A stretch of 63,911 bases of DNA, filler included, from Chiloscyllium plagiosum (GCF_004010195.1; 6 parts of one record of this genome joined end to end with filler, not necessarily neighbours in it); one strand, 5' to 3'. Positions 38,011-51,079 are shown, counted from the whole stretch's first letter. Made by a program: numbers and translations. Notes: generated from the letters alone by a model not told the origin.

Positions 38011-41000
38011 ATTGACAGTTATGTGAAGAGAATTGAGATACTGGGACTATTTCAACCTTGTAGATGCTCAAGAGAATATTTATCTTTTTTTTTTAATTTT
38101 GGAGAATATTAAATGTGTGTAGAGAAAAACATTTGTGACTGGACAGGAAGTTGGCAATATGGTATAAATTTTAAAATCTCACGAAGTGAGGGGAGGCAGG
38201 AGGAGAAATTTATTTTTGCGCTGAGTTATGTAGAAATAGCAATGTCTCAACACTGAGCCTGCTGACCCTTATTCAGTACTTCCTTCTACTTGTTTTTTAC
38301 GCTTTAGCCAATTGTGTATTCATATGCAGTAAAATCCCAACAACTTTAATTTTAGTTAACTAGCTGCTCAAGCAAAACTTTTAATAATTCTCCTTCAAAG
38401 GTCTAACTACACAGATCTGATGCATTATAGTAGTTGACTTGGGCTTTCATTTCCTTGAACAAAATCATGGTCAATTGACAACAGTGCTTGCAAATGATGG
38501 CAAGAGTATGGATGCAAAAATCGGTTTTTACTAGCACAGTTAAGAGCAAAACCAGTCTGAAAAGGAACATTTAAATGGCATTGACAACTTTATTTACTTT
38601 CTGCATGAAAAGCAGTGAATACCTGCCTCAGATATTGACCCCTGGGTATCAGCACTTTTAATGACTATATTAAGGTAACAGATGGGCAATTCAAGATGCG
38701 AATGTGTGTGCAGATGCTCCCCTGCCAACCGTGGGACAGAACATAAAGAGTTAGGTAGGGCATTCCATGCCTAAAGCCATGTTGACTGCTACTTACTAGG
38801 TTTGTGCTCACATAATTGCACCTAATTATTCCATTATTTAACACAGAACTGAAATAAGACTAATAAGCTTGTTCTTGTCTCTGGTGACTCTACGACACTT
38901 TATAAATTAAAAATAACATTGGCTTATTCCTGATGTACTAACAGCTTCATTCACCAACCTGTTCAAAATGGTTATCAGTACCTCACAAATCTAATGGGAC
39001 AAATAACATTCACTCTCAGAAACGTTCCTCGCATGTTTCTGGCAATTTTATTATATTCCATTTAGTTTTCTGCATCGGTGAAAATAGGCCTGGTATGTCA
39101 CATTTCTGCTCATCAAAAATTTCCAATAATTAAAAAATGCCAGAATATATAAACCAACCCTTTCTCTTTACTACTCTGTAGGTTTGACATTCTTTTGTAT
39201 TTCCTGTTTTAGTCTTTTCTCATTCCTATAATGCCACACCCTGATATTATCCTGACAACAGCTTGGCACATCTGGCAAGGGCAGTAGATACATGGAAACA
39301 TCACTACCTGCAAGTTCCCCTCCAAGCCACACACCATCCTGACTTGGAAATATATCACCTCTCCCTCACTGTTGCTGGATCCAAGTGCTGGGATTCTACT
39401 TTTAACAGCATTATAGCTATACCTCCACCACTTGTCCTATAGCAGTTCAAGAAGGCAATTCACCATCACCTCTGAAGGGAGAACAAAGATAGCCAATAAA
39501 TGCTAACTCAGCCATCCAATTTCCCACATCCTGTGAATGAGAGAAATAAATACTGCCCAAATAGAAGCTTTCAAATGTTAATTTAAAACACGAAAGACGT
39601 CAGGATGGCAACTTGGTTCACAAATTTTCCTAAATCTTCCTCTACTTCTCTACACTAATTTTCTGGTGTAATGGATGGAATCAAGATTTCCCACACTGAA
39701 TTTAGACCCTAATCTGCAGGAAGGTATGAAATCTAGTCAACCCACAATATTATTTATTCTCCTAGCTGCTGGTCTGCATTGGCACCCACAGTGTTCGCAA
39801 AACCAATATCAATCAACAAAATGCCTCCAAAACACTCCAACAAATATATGAAGGTACAAAGGTGACGGGGTACCTGGCACAATAATGTAAAAAAGGGTTA
39901 TACTTGTACATGAAAGGCCACCTGGTCAAGAGATCAAAGGGAAATTGCTAACATCACAACCCAGCAATACTGTTCTTCACAAATGGTGAAATTGAAGAGA
40001 GGAATTCCAAAGAAATATCCAGGTATATTTTGAAAATATGATATGTTCTACTTTTTTGTGCCAAATACTTCAGGGCAAAATTCAATGGCCTTTCAACGCT
40101 TACTCATGATCACCTCAGCAGGGTAGTGCTAGAAGGTGCAGAGTTTACATTCGAACCTAGGTATATTGGATTCCAGCTTTGCACTGGAGCCTTTTAAAAA
40201 GCATATTTGGTCGGTAGACCTTCTATCCTTAATAAGGCATTTGATGTTAAAGACACAGCAAAGGGCATGGATTCCTTCTGTCAGCATTTCCCACGTTCAG
40301 GCCTCCCGAGGGATTTGCTACACAGTTAGCAGCTGTCTGCTTGTCAGACAAGAGCTCCACTTCCGAACTAAAGCAACTAAGGTCAAGAAATAAAGTAGCA
40401 GATAGTGTCTGTGGAGACTGGCATTGGAATATCTCATCAGGAATAAAATGACTGTGCAATTGGACAAGTATCAGTGATCTAGCATAGATTCATGAAAGGA
40501 AAATGTCTGACTAATCTAATTGGAGATCATTTAAAAAGATGAACAGGAGAATTCAATAGACATACATATACTTTTGATTGTCAGAATGTGAAAAGTGGTG
40601 CTCCCCAGGAATCTGTATTGGGGCACTTAAATAAAAGGAAAACACCACAGATGCTATAAATCTGAAATGGAGACAGCAAATACTGGACAAACTCACCTGA
40701 TGTGGCTGTATCTGTAGAGAGAAAATCAGTGAACATTTTGGGCCTATATTTTCTTCAGAATTCAATCTGAAGGAAAGATCTGAAATGTTAACTTTGCTTT
40801 TCTCTCCATTGATCCTGCCAAACCTGCTGGGTTTTTCCGACATTTTCCATTTTCACACCCGCATCGGGACATCAGCTTTTTACTACAGACATATCAATCA
40901 CTTGGGACGAAGCAATTGGGTTCTATGTTGAAGATTTCAAGTCTTTGTAAAGATTATAAATGATGTGGCGAATGTGTTGGTAAGAAGAGTGATCCAACAG

Positions 41001-41432
41001 CAGATTCGTCTCCCATGCCAACTGGTCCCGCATCCAGGCACTGACCATACAAAATCAACTTCATTGGGCATAATATTCTGTTCACATAACTGTGCCTGTA
41101 CGTAGACAGACCTAATAGAGATGGGATAGTGTCAGACTTAATCCTGGGGAATAAAACCAGTCAAGTGGTTAAAGTATCAGTGGGTAAGCATTTTGGGGAT
41201 AATAGTTTCAAAGTGATTATGGAAAGGGATGAGGATAGTGCAGAAGTTGTGTCTAAATTGGGGGAAGGCCAATTTCAATCATTAGACAAGATCTGGCAAA
41301 CACAGAACACTTACTTGTAGGTAAGTCTACATTTAGAAAGTGGGAATCTGTTAGAAGTAGTCTCGTGAGAATTCAGGGCCAGCGTGTTCCTCACAGAGAG
41401 AATGGCAAGAGCACCAAGACTAGGGAAACTTG

Positions 41433-41527
41433 ATATTCCTGATGAAGGGCTTATGTCCCAAAATGTCGATTCTATTGCTCTTTGGATGTTGCCTGACCTG
41501 CTGTGCTTTTCCAAAGCCAAACTTTTC
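41433..41527 (+). mobile_element. Penelope terminal-repeat mini-insertion, hammerhead with GAAA mutated to CAAA
   Basis: ATTCCTGATGAAGGGCTTATGTCCCAAAATGTCG; 15-bp TSD GACTAGGGAA(A/C)CTTG at 41418-41432 and 41528-41542. Confidence 0.8.
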
Positions 41528-41628
41528 GACTAGGGAACCTTGCATGCAAAGAGATATCGTGAGTTTGATAAAGAAAAAGAAAGAAGCACATATGAGGTAC
41601 AGCACACTAAAGAATTGGAGAGGCCCTT

Positions 41629-42858
41629 GATAAGTGTGGCACTGGAAAAGCATAACAGGTCAGGCGAGATCCAAGGAGCAAGAGAGTCAACGTTTCGAGA
41701 ATAAGCTCTTCATCAGGAATGTGGTTGTGTGTGTATGTGTGGGGGGGTAGCTGACATAAATGGGAAGAGGTGGGGACTGGATGGAAGATAGCTACGAATG
41801 CGATAGGGTGGATGAAGGTGGAGTGTGATGGTGGTAGGTCAGAGTGGAGGATAAAGCAGATAGTTGGGAAGGAAGATGGACAGGTAGGACAGTTCAAGAG
41901 GGCGGTGCTGAGTTGGAGTGTTGGATCTGGGATAAGGTGGGGGGGAAGGGAGATGAGGAAACTGGTGAAATCGACACTGACTCCGTGTGGTACGATGGTC
42001 CCAAGGCGGAGATGAGGTGTTCTCCCTCCAGTCGCCAGGTGAATAAGACTGGCAGTGGAGGAGGCCCAGGACTTGCATGCCCTTGACGGACTGGGAAGGG
42101 GGACTGAAGTGATTGGCCACAGGGGTTGTTTAGTGTGTGTCCCAGAAATGTTCTCTGAAACGTTCCGCAAGTGTAGAGGAGACCACATCAAGAACAATGG
42201 GCACAATAGATGAGGTGTTTGGATGTGCAGGAAAATTTCTGCCGGACGTGGAAGGATCTTTTGGGGCCTTGGAAGGAGGTGAGGGGGGAGGTGCGGGTGC
42301 AGGTTGTACATTTCATGTGATGGTAGGGGAAAGTGCTGGGAGCAGATGTGGCAGAGGTGGAAAATTTGGGAATAAAGGATAGCGTTTTTACAGGAGGGGA
42401 GTGGGAGGAGGTGTAGTCCAGGTAGCTGTGGGAGTTGGTGGGCTTGAAATAGATGTCCGTGTTGAGTAGGTCACCAGAAATGGAGATGGAGAGGTCCAGA
42501 GAAGGGATGGAGATGTCCAAGGTGGTCCAGGTGAAGTTGAGGTCAGGGTGGAAGGTGAGGTGAAATTGATGAACTGTTCAATCTCCTCGTGGAAGCATGA
42601 GGCAGTGCCGATGTAGCAGAGGATAAGTGCTGGTGTAACTGTGGAAGATGGACGGTTCCATGCACCCAATGAAGAGGCAGGTATAGCTAGGGCTCATGCA
42701 GGTGCCCACGCCTATCCCTTTGGCCTGAAGGAAGTGGGAGGATTCTAAAGAGAAACTGTGAGGACCAGTTCAGCCAACCAAATGAGTGTGCTGGTGGAAG
42801 GGTACTGGTTGGGTCAGTGGGAGGGGAAGAAACAGAGGGCTTGGAGGCCTTCGTCATG
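41629..42858 (-). mobile_element. Penelope-like retroelement fragment (RT + GIY-YIG + terminal repeat)
   Basis: TDIYFKPTNSHSYLDYTSSH, FQGPKRSFHVRQKFSCTSKHLIYCAHCS; same superfamily as 9503-10942. Confidence 0.9.
41685..41720 (-). ncRNA. Minimal hammerhead motif at the 3' end of the Penelope element
   Basis: Minus strand AUUC-CUGAUGA-A-GAG-CUUAUU-CUC-GAAA-CGUU-GACU; core intact, stem II weakened. Confidence 0.62.
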
Positions 42859-43049
42859 AAGAGTGTAAGGCTTGGCTTAAAAAGAGAAATTAGGTGGGCT
42901 AAGTAGGGTCACGAAGTACATTTGGCAGATAGGGTTAAGGAAAACAAAAAGTTTTTATAAGTATACTAAGAGTGAGAGAATTACCAAGGAAAGAATGATA
43001 CCCATTTGAGACCAGAGGGTCATCTGTGTGTGATGTCTGAGGATGAAGA

Positions 43050-44107
43050 TAGAGGGTGTTGGTGGAGGGTTATTTTTCAGACTGAAGGCCTGTGACCAGT
43101 GGAGTGCCACAAGGATCGGTGCTGGGCCCTTTACTTTTTGTCATTTACATACATGATTTGGATCTAAGCATAAGAGGTACAGTTAGTAAGTTTGCAGATG
43201 ACACCAAAATTGGAGGTGTAGTGGACAGCGAAGAGGATTACCTCAGATTACAACAGGATCTGGACCAGATGGGCCAATGGGCTGAGAAGTGGCAGATAGA
43301 GTTTAATTCAGATAAATGCAATGTGCTGCATTTTGGGAAAGCAAATCTTAGCAGGACTTATACACTTAATGGTAAGGTCCTAGGGACTGTTGCTGAACAA
43401 AGAGACCTTGGAATGCAGGTTCATAGCTCCTTGAAAGTGGAGTTGCAGGTAGATAGGATAGTGAAGAAGACGTTTGGTATGCTTTCCCTTATTGGTCACA
43501 GTGTTGAGTACAGGAGTTGGGAGGTCATGTTGCGGCTGTACAGGACTTGGTTAGGCCACTGTTGGTATATTGCATGCAATTCTGGTCTCCTTCCTATTGG
43601 AAAGATGTTGTGAAACTTGAAAGGGTTCAGAAAAGATTTACAATGATGTTGCCAGGGTTTGAGGATCTGAGCTATAGGGAGAGGGTGAACAGGCTGGGGC
43701 TGTTTTCCCTGGAGCGTCGGAGGCTGAGGGGTGACCTTACAGAGGTTTACAAAATTATGAGGGGCATGGATAGGGTAAATAGGCAAAGTCTTTTCCCAGG
43801 GGTCGGGGAGTCCAGAACTAGAGGGCAAAGGTTTAGGGTGAGATGGGAAAGATATAAAAGAGACCTACAGGGCAACTTTTTCACAGAGGGCGGTACGTGT
43901 ACGGAATGAGCTGCCAGAGGAAAAGGTGGAGGCTGGTACAATTGCAACATTTAAGAGGCATTTGGATGGGTATATGAATAGGAAGGGTTTGGAGGGATAT
44001 GGGCCGGGTGCTGGCAGTTGGGACTAGATTGGGTTGGGATATCTGGTTGGCATGGATGGGTTGGACCGAATGGTCTGTTTCCATGCTTTACATCGCTATG
44101 ACTCTAT
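43050..44107 (+). mobile_element. Younger CR1 LINE (RT C-half to 3' end) nested in the older CR1
   Basis: ORF 43092-43613 [27 protein letters not shown]; tail CTATGACTCTATG. Confidence 0.94.
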
Positions 44108-44237
44108 GTAGATAAGGTCTTAAACTGAATATTTTTCAGCTGTACTCACAGAGGAGAAAGCCTTTGTAGCTGGGGATATGATTGGGATAGTGAGGGTCTG
44201 GAACATATTCAGATTAATAAGGAGAAGGGGTATTAGA

Positions 44238-44934
44238 CATTCCTATACAAACACTCCTACAGACACACACACACACTCCTTCAGACCTATACACTCACGC
44301 AGACCCTTTCTCATACACAAGCTCTCCCTCATATGCTCACACATACACTCACACCCACACATGCAACCTCTCACAGACTTATGCCCTGTACACCCACACT
44401 CTCACACTCTCCCACAGACACTTAATACCCCCTCGAGGACACACACTCACATGCACACAGACACAAAGTTTGTGGGTTAAATTTGTACTTGCAGAATTAC
44501 ATTTTATTTTACTTCAAAACTGCATGAATCCATGTAAGATTCTGTAAATCCCTTTTTTAGAAATAGAATTTGTCTGAACACTAGGGCACAGACGGCCTCA
44601 CACAAGGTACTTCACACCTTCATTGCATTATCTGGGTCAACATGGCACCTACTGTTAAAGTTCACTTGAGAATGTAACTTTTTAAAAAAAGTTTTGTGAT
44701 TTACATATGAAAGAACCGAAACCCGCATGGTCATTCTAAAAGATGAGAGACTTAACAAACAATCCAGGTCTTTTTCAATATATAATTTCAGTTACATCAC
44801 ACTGTAAATCTTTGTGATAAATTCTGTGTCTTACGATCTTGTACTCCACAACCACCTGATGAAGGAGCAGTGCTCCAAAAGCTAGTGCTTCCAAATAAAC
44901 TTGTTGGACAATAACCTGGTGTGTGATTTTTAAC
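44238..44934 (+). mobile_element. Penelope-like 3' terminal region, second family, with CA-rich tract and hammerhead remnant
   Basis: CAC-CTGATGA-A-GGAGC-AGT-GCTCC-AAAA-GCTA-GTG at 44853-44887 (G12>A); flanked by TTAGA repeats; terminus shared with 45595-46022. Confidence 0.7.
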
Positions 44935-45052
44935 TTAGATGTTTTAGCTAGTATACAGGTGTATAAATCCGCAGGGCCTGCTGAGATGTATCCCAGGCTG
45001 TTAAAGGAGGCAAGGGAAGAGATTGCTGGGACCCTGGTGGAGATATTAAATA

Positions 45053-45463
45053 TAGGAGCACATTACTGCACAATCTGGAACCTGTACTGAAAAACAAAAA
45101 ATACTGGAGATCATAGCGAGTCAGGCAGCATCCACGGACAGAAAGCAACCTAACATTTCGCGTCGAGATGACTCTTCATCTGAGCTGAAGTGAAGTGTTG
45201 AAGGGGGCAACATTTATCTGATAGTGGGGGCTGAGGTTGGAGTGCTGGGGGAGAAAGGATGTTGATAGTTCAGATTAAGTGATTGGAATGTGAGAATGGC
45301 AGACCAATGGTGTGTCTAACTGTCAGACTGGAAAGAACAGACAGTCCCACTGGGGTGGGGGGGGGGGGGGGGGGGGGGGAGGGGACATTGTGACAGAGAA
45401 TGTAACAAGTAAAGCTAAAAGAAAGGGAAGGAATGGGTTCACAATTTGAAAGTATTGAACTCA
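45053..45463 (-). mobile_element. Penelope-like 3' end with decayed hammerhead
   Basis: Minus strand CAGATGA-A-GAGTC-ATCTC-GACGC-GAAA-TGTT; 10-bp TSD ATATTAAATA at 45043-45052 and 45464-45473. Confidence 0.7.
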
Positions 45464-45594
45464 ATATTAAATACTTCACTGGCCACAGGTGAAGTGACAA
45501 ATAACCCGAGAGCAGCTAATGTGATTCCTTTGTTCAAGAAGGGCAGCAGGGGTGGGCTACGTAATTCCGAACAGATAGTCTGAGATCGGTGGTC

Positions 45595-46022
45595 AGCCAT
45601 GATTTGGAGGTGCCAGTGTAGGACTGGTGTAGACAAAGTTAAAAATCACACAACATCAGGTTATAGTCCAACAAGTTTATTCGGAAACACTAACTTTCGG
45701 AGCGCTGTCCCTTCATCAGGCAGCTGTCAAGCAGGATCATAAGACACAGAATTTACAGCAAAAGGTCACAGTGTCATGCAACTGAAATGATATTTTGAAC
45801 AAACCTAGATTTCCTGCAATCCATTCCAAAAGATGAAAGACTTAACAGCATTCTAGGTTTGTTCAAAATATTGTTTCAGTTGCATGACACTGTGATTTTC
45901 TGCTATGAATTCTGTGCATTTTGATCCTGCTCCATAGCTACCTGGTGAAGCTACAGCGCTCTGAAAACTAGCACTTCCAAATGAACATGTTGGACTATAA
46001 CCTGGTGTAGTGTGATTTTTAA
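45595..46022. mobile_element. Penelope-like foldback insertion with about 170-bp inverted arms, each with a hammerhead motif
   Basis: Arms at about 45639-45810 and 45850-46022; minus strand CTGATGA-AGGGACAGCGCTCC-GAAA-GTTA-GTG; plus-strand copy decayed. Confidence 0.8.
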
Positions 46023-47386
46023 ATCAGTCATTAGGAAATTATTGAAAGAAATTCTGAGGAACAGGATTCATCAATACTTGGAAGGGTGGGAATTCATCAG
46101 GAATAGTCAGTGCAGATTTAAAGGGAGATCCTGGCTGACAAATTTAATTCAGTTTTGGAAAGGTGACTAAATATATTGATGAGGGCAATAGAATTGATAT
46201 GGTTTTCATGGATTACAGTGAGGCCTTTGACAAGGACCCACATGGAAAACTGGTCCAAAAGCTAAGAGACCATGGAATCTAGGGCAAGTTGACTAATGAA
46301 TCCAAAACTGGCTTGCAAACAGGATGCAAAAGTTGATAGTGAAGGGCTGTTGTGATTGGAAGCTTGTGACCAGCAGCGTACCACAGGATATGGTGTTCGG
46401 ACTCTTGCTATTTATTATCCATATTCATGACTTGGATGTGAATGTAAGAAGTATAATTAGTAAGTTTGCAGATGACATGAAAATTGGTGGTGGTGTTGAT
46501 AGTGAGGAGGACAATATCGTGAGTTGGTAAATTGGGCAGAGCAAGGCAAATAGAATTTAATCCTGCTAAGGGTGAGGTGATGCATTTTGGGAGGTCAATA
46601 AGCGAAGGATGTACACAATGAATAGTAGCTCTCTTGGGAATACAGAGGAACCAAGGAACCATGGTTTACAAATCCATAGATCCCTGAAGGTGTCAGCACA
46701 GACACCTTCAGAGGTGGCATATTAGCCAGGGTGTTTAATATCAGAGCAAAGATATGTTCTTACAAAATATTGGCTAGGCCACAGACGTGTGCAGTTTTGG
46801 TTGCCACACTATTGAAAGATCATGACTGCACTGGAGAGGGAGCAGAGGGAATTCACCAGGATATTACCTGGGTTGAAGAGTCTCAGTTATGAAGACAGCT
46901 CAGACAGGATTGAAGTAGATGATTGAGTATAAAAATCATGAGAGGCATAGACAGAATAGATTGTGAATTTTTTTTCCCAGGCAAATATGTTCAAGACCAG
47001 AAAGTATAAGTTTCAGATGAAGAGGAAGGACATCCGAGAAAAAATATTTTCACCCAGAATATGGTGGAAATATGAATGTGCTACCTGACAGAGTGGTGGA
47101 GGCATGCACTCATATAGCATTTAAGAAGTATCCAGATGAGCACTTAAAATGTCAGGGCACAGTACGCTATGGATCAAGTGCAGGTAAATGGGATTACTGT
47201 AGTTTGATGTTTGTTGGTCAGCATTGATAGAGTGGGCTGAAGGGCCGTTAGTATGTTGTATGACTCTATGATCATATGCAAACTGTCTGTGACTCCTAGA
47301 GATGCCACTTGTAACATTCACAGTTTTTTTAATTAAAAAACTTATGAAGGCACCGTGTTCATCCATGCCAACCGAGATGGAGGGGA

Positions 47387-48259
47387 GGGCAGATGTCCCA
47401 CATGGTGAACCACAGGATGGGGACAGATGTCAGTAACGTGAGAAGCCCCAGTCCCGGTCAACATGGTGGACCTCAGGATGGGGGCAGATGTCCCACATGG
47501 TGAACATCAGGATGGGGGCAGATGTCTCACATGGCGAACCTGGGAGCGGATGTCCCACATAGTGAACCTCAGGATGGAGAGGGACGATGATATCCCACAT
47601 GGTGAACCTCACGATGGGGGCGGATGTCCCACATGGCGAACCACAGGATGGGGTAGTGGGGGGGGGGGGGGGCGCGGATGTCTCACATGGTGAACCTCAG
47701 GATGGAGGGAGGGCAGATGTCCCACATGGTGAACCTCAGGATGGGGACAGATGTCCCACATGGTGAACCTCAGGATGGAGGCAGATGTCCCACATGGTGA
47801 ACCTTAGAATGGAGGCAGATGTCCCACATGGTGAACCTCAGGATGGGGTGGTGAGGGGGGACGGGGGGGGGGACGCGGATGTCTCACATGGTGAACCTCA
47901 GGATGGAGGGGAGGGCAGATGTCCCACATGGTGAACCACAGGATGGGGACAGATGTCTCACATGGTGAACCTCAGGATGGAGGCAGATGTCTCACATGAT
48001 GAAGCTCAGGGTGAGGGCAGATGTCCCACATGGTGAACCTCAGGATGAGGGCAGATGTCCCACATGGTGAACCTCAGGATGGGGGCAGATGTCCCACATG
48101 GTGAACCTCAGGATGAGGGCAGATGTCCCACATGGTGAACCTCAGGATGGGGGCAGATGTCCCACATGGTGAACCTCAGGATGAGGGCAGATGTCCCACA
48201 TGGTGAACCTCAGGATGGGGGAGGGGCATGGATATCCCACATGGCAAACCTCAGGATGG
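47387..48259 (+). repeat. 34-bp minisatellite (GGGCAGATGTCCCACATGGTGAACCTCAGGATGr), about 23 copies with variable G-rich linkers
   Basis: Direct reading; regular 34-bp period at 48015-48217; about 200-bp higher-order duplication at 47645-47990. Confidence 0.93.
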
Positions 48260-48726
48260 CGGGGGGGGGGGGGGGGGGGGAGGTGTTGTCCGATCCACTG
48301 GTATAGTTGTGGAGGGGTTGATTTCTTGGAGCATGGCCAGGCAGTTATGGAATTTTTTTTAAAAAGTACTTGCCTACATTGAGTCTTCAGCGCCACCATA
48401 CTTACATTGGTAGCTCCTAGCTTGGCTGGTGAAGCTGGCAATCTCCAAGTGCTGGAGGATCTCCCAATTGTGCTGTAAAATCCAGAATCCAGCTACCATC
48501 CCCAATGAACAAGCCCAGTAAACAATAGTAATTGGCTAGATTATTGAGGATCGCAGTGGGCATGCTTAAAACTTGCTGCAGAGGGTCAGGACTGAGAATT
48601 TGTACTCATTTCCAGGTCTTGACCCTTGATGAAAAATCCAGCCCCAGTGCTCAAAACAGTCTGCAGGCTGTCTAACAGGTTCAGCAATCCAACCACCTCC
48701 AACAGATTATTAGGATTGTTGTGGAA

Positions 48727-50078
48727 TAGAACATAGAATAATTTGTCCCTTCGGCCCACGATGTTGTGCCGAACATTTGTCCTAGCTTAAGCACCTATCC
48801 ATGTACCTATCCAATTGCCGCTTAAAGGTCACAAATGATTCTGCCTCTGCCATTCCCACAGGCAGCGCATTCCATGCCCTCACCACTCTCTGGGTAAAGA
48901 ACCTACCCCTGACATCCCCCCTATACCTTCCACCCTTCACCTTAAATTTATATCCCCTTGTAACACTCTGCTGTACCCGGGGAAAAAGTCTCTGACTGTC
49001 TACTCTATCTATTCCCCTGATCATCTTATAAACCTCTATCAAGTCACCCCTCATCCTTCGACGTTCCAATGAGAAAAGGCCTAGCACATTCAACCTATCC
49101 TCGTACGACCTATTCTCCATTCCAGGCAACATCCTGGTAAATCTCCTCTGCACCCTCTCCAAAGCTTCCACATCTTTCCTAAAGTGAGGCGACCAGAACT
49201 GCACACAGTGCTCCAAATGTGGCCCTATCAAGGTCCTATATAGCTGCAACATCACCTAACGACTCTTGAATTCAATCCCTCTGCTAATGAACGCTAATAC
49301 ACCATAGGCCTTCTTACAAACTCTATCCACCTGAGTGGCAACTTTCAAAGATCTATGAACATAGACCCCAAGATCCCTCTGCTCATCCACTTTACTAAGA
49401 ACCCTACTGTTAACCCTGTATTCCACATTCTTATTTGACCTTCCAAAATGGAAAACCTAATCAAGCAGTGTCTTTCCAGATACTCATAAGCCCTATCCCT
49501 CGTACCCTTTCCATTACTTTGTCTACCACTGAAGTAAGACTAACTGGCCTGTAATTCCCGGGGTTATCCCTATTCCCTTTTTTGAACAGGGGCATGACAT
49601 TCGCCACTCTCCAGTCCCCTGGCACCGTCCCCATTGACAGTGAAGACGAAAAGATCATTGCCAACGGTTCTGCAATTTCCTCTCTTGCTTCCCACATAAT
49701 CCTAGGATATATCCCGACAGGCCCGGGGGCCTTGTCTATCCTCAAGTTTTTCAAAATGCCCAACACATCTTCCTTCCTAACATGTATCTCCTCTAGCTTA
49801 CCAGTCCGTTTCATACTCTCCTCTTCAACAATATGGACCCTCTCATTTGTAAATACTGAAGAAAAGTACTCATTCAAGACCTCTCCTATCTCTTCCAAAA
49901 TACACAGTCTCCCACTACTGTCCTTGATCGGACCTACCCTCGTTCTCGTCATTCTCATGTTTCTCACATACGCATAAAATGCCTTGGGGTTACCCTTGAT
50001 TCTACCCGCCAAAGATTTTTCATGCCCTCTCTTAGCTCTCCTAATCCCTTTCTTCAGCTCCCTTCTGGCAATCCTGTA
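48727..50078 (-). mobile_element. Young CR1 LINE with an internal deletion of the RT core
   Basis: ORF 49461-50012 (KAPGPVGIYPR, NYRPVSLTSV) joins directly to HFGRSNKN and ORF 48782-49255; DFxKAFD, QGSVLGP and FADD are absent. Confidence 0.9.
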
Positions 50079-50178
50079 NNNNNNNNNNNNNNNNNNNNNN
50101 NNNNNNNNNNNNNNNNNNNNNNTTAATTAATTAANNNNNNNNNNNNNNNNNNNNNNNNNNNNNNNNNNNNNNNNNNNN
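50079..50178. other. Artificial contig spacer
   Basis: 44N-TTAATTAATTAA-44N. Confidence 0.97.
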
Positions 50179-50545
50179 TTCTTCCCAAAGTGCATCACCT
50201 CATATTTAGCTGCATTGAACTCCATTTGCCACCTCTCAGCCCAATTCTGCAGTTTATCCAAGTCCCCCTGCAACCTGTAACATCCTTCCAAACTGTCCAC
50301 TACTCCACCGACTTTAGTGTCATCTGCAAATTTACTAATCCATCCACCTGTGCCTGCGTTTGAGTCATTTATAAAAAAGACACAGTGATCCCAAAACAGA
50401 TCCTTGTGGAACACCACTAGTAACTGGACTCCAGACTGAATATTTTCCATCAACCACCACTTGCTGCCTTCTTTCAGAAAGCCAGTTTCTAATCCAAACT
50501 GCTAAACGACCCTCAATCCCATGTTTCTGCATTTTCTCCATCAGC
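50179..50545 (-). mobile_element. CR1 RT fragment, 5'-truncated
   Basis: [39 protein letters not shown]. Confidence 0.92.
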
Positions 50546-51079
50546 ATTATCTTCCACAAACTTGACAAATGGTGAACAGGATACAGCACATGTTAAAGTA
50601 ACTATGCACATCGGAGGCTTTTCAAGCTCAGTGTCTGTTGTGATGCGGGAAATGTTACAGCTAATCTTCCAGAAAGATCCTAGAAACAGCAATGAGGTAA
50701 TAATCATGCAGGTAATCAAGAGCCATAGCCCGTGCTGCAAAATGCTGCAAAAGGTGGCAATGATTGTTTGCTTGATGTCACTGTTTATTTTGACAGCCTG
50801 TGTCACAACTCTGAAGTGCTTGGGTGAGAACAGTAGGGGAGTTCTCCCTGCTCTCTCGGGCAATAGTTATCTCGCAACAAATGCCTTACAACAAATGATC
50901 TGGTTCAAGTCAGGGATGCGGTTGGTTTGATTGGATAGAGTCAAACTCCAGTGTGTATTTGTTTCCTTAATGTGCTACTGTATAGAACTGAACAGCATTT
51001 GTGACTATATACACACACACACTGTGATCATTTTTATAGATAAAATATATTTTGAAATAAAAAAACTAATCATTTTGAC

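Larger units (their letters stand above)
41110..47270 (+). mobile_element. Old CR1 LINE ORF2 (endonuclease to 3' end) fragmented by at least six nested insertions
   Basis: Collinear ORF2 segments resume after each insertion (DLILGN..VSVGKHFG; KKKKEAH; PRLLKEAREEIAG; ANVIPLFKKG; SKFADDMKIGG) and end in ATGACTCTATG at about 47270. Confidence 0.8.

Noticed and set aside
47387..48259. CRISPR-like array (conserved ~28-nt repeat with variable spacers)
   Set aside because: Spacers are mostly 6 nt, G-rich and related to each other; no cas genes; eukaryotic context. It is a minisatellite.
48727..50545. Single CR1 spanning the 50079-50178 gap
   Set aside because: Order of ORF2 segments is inconsistent with one element and the join is artificial.
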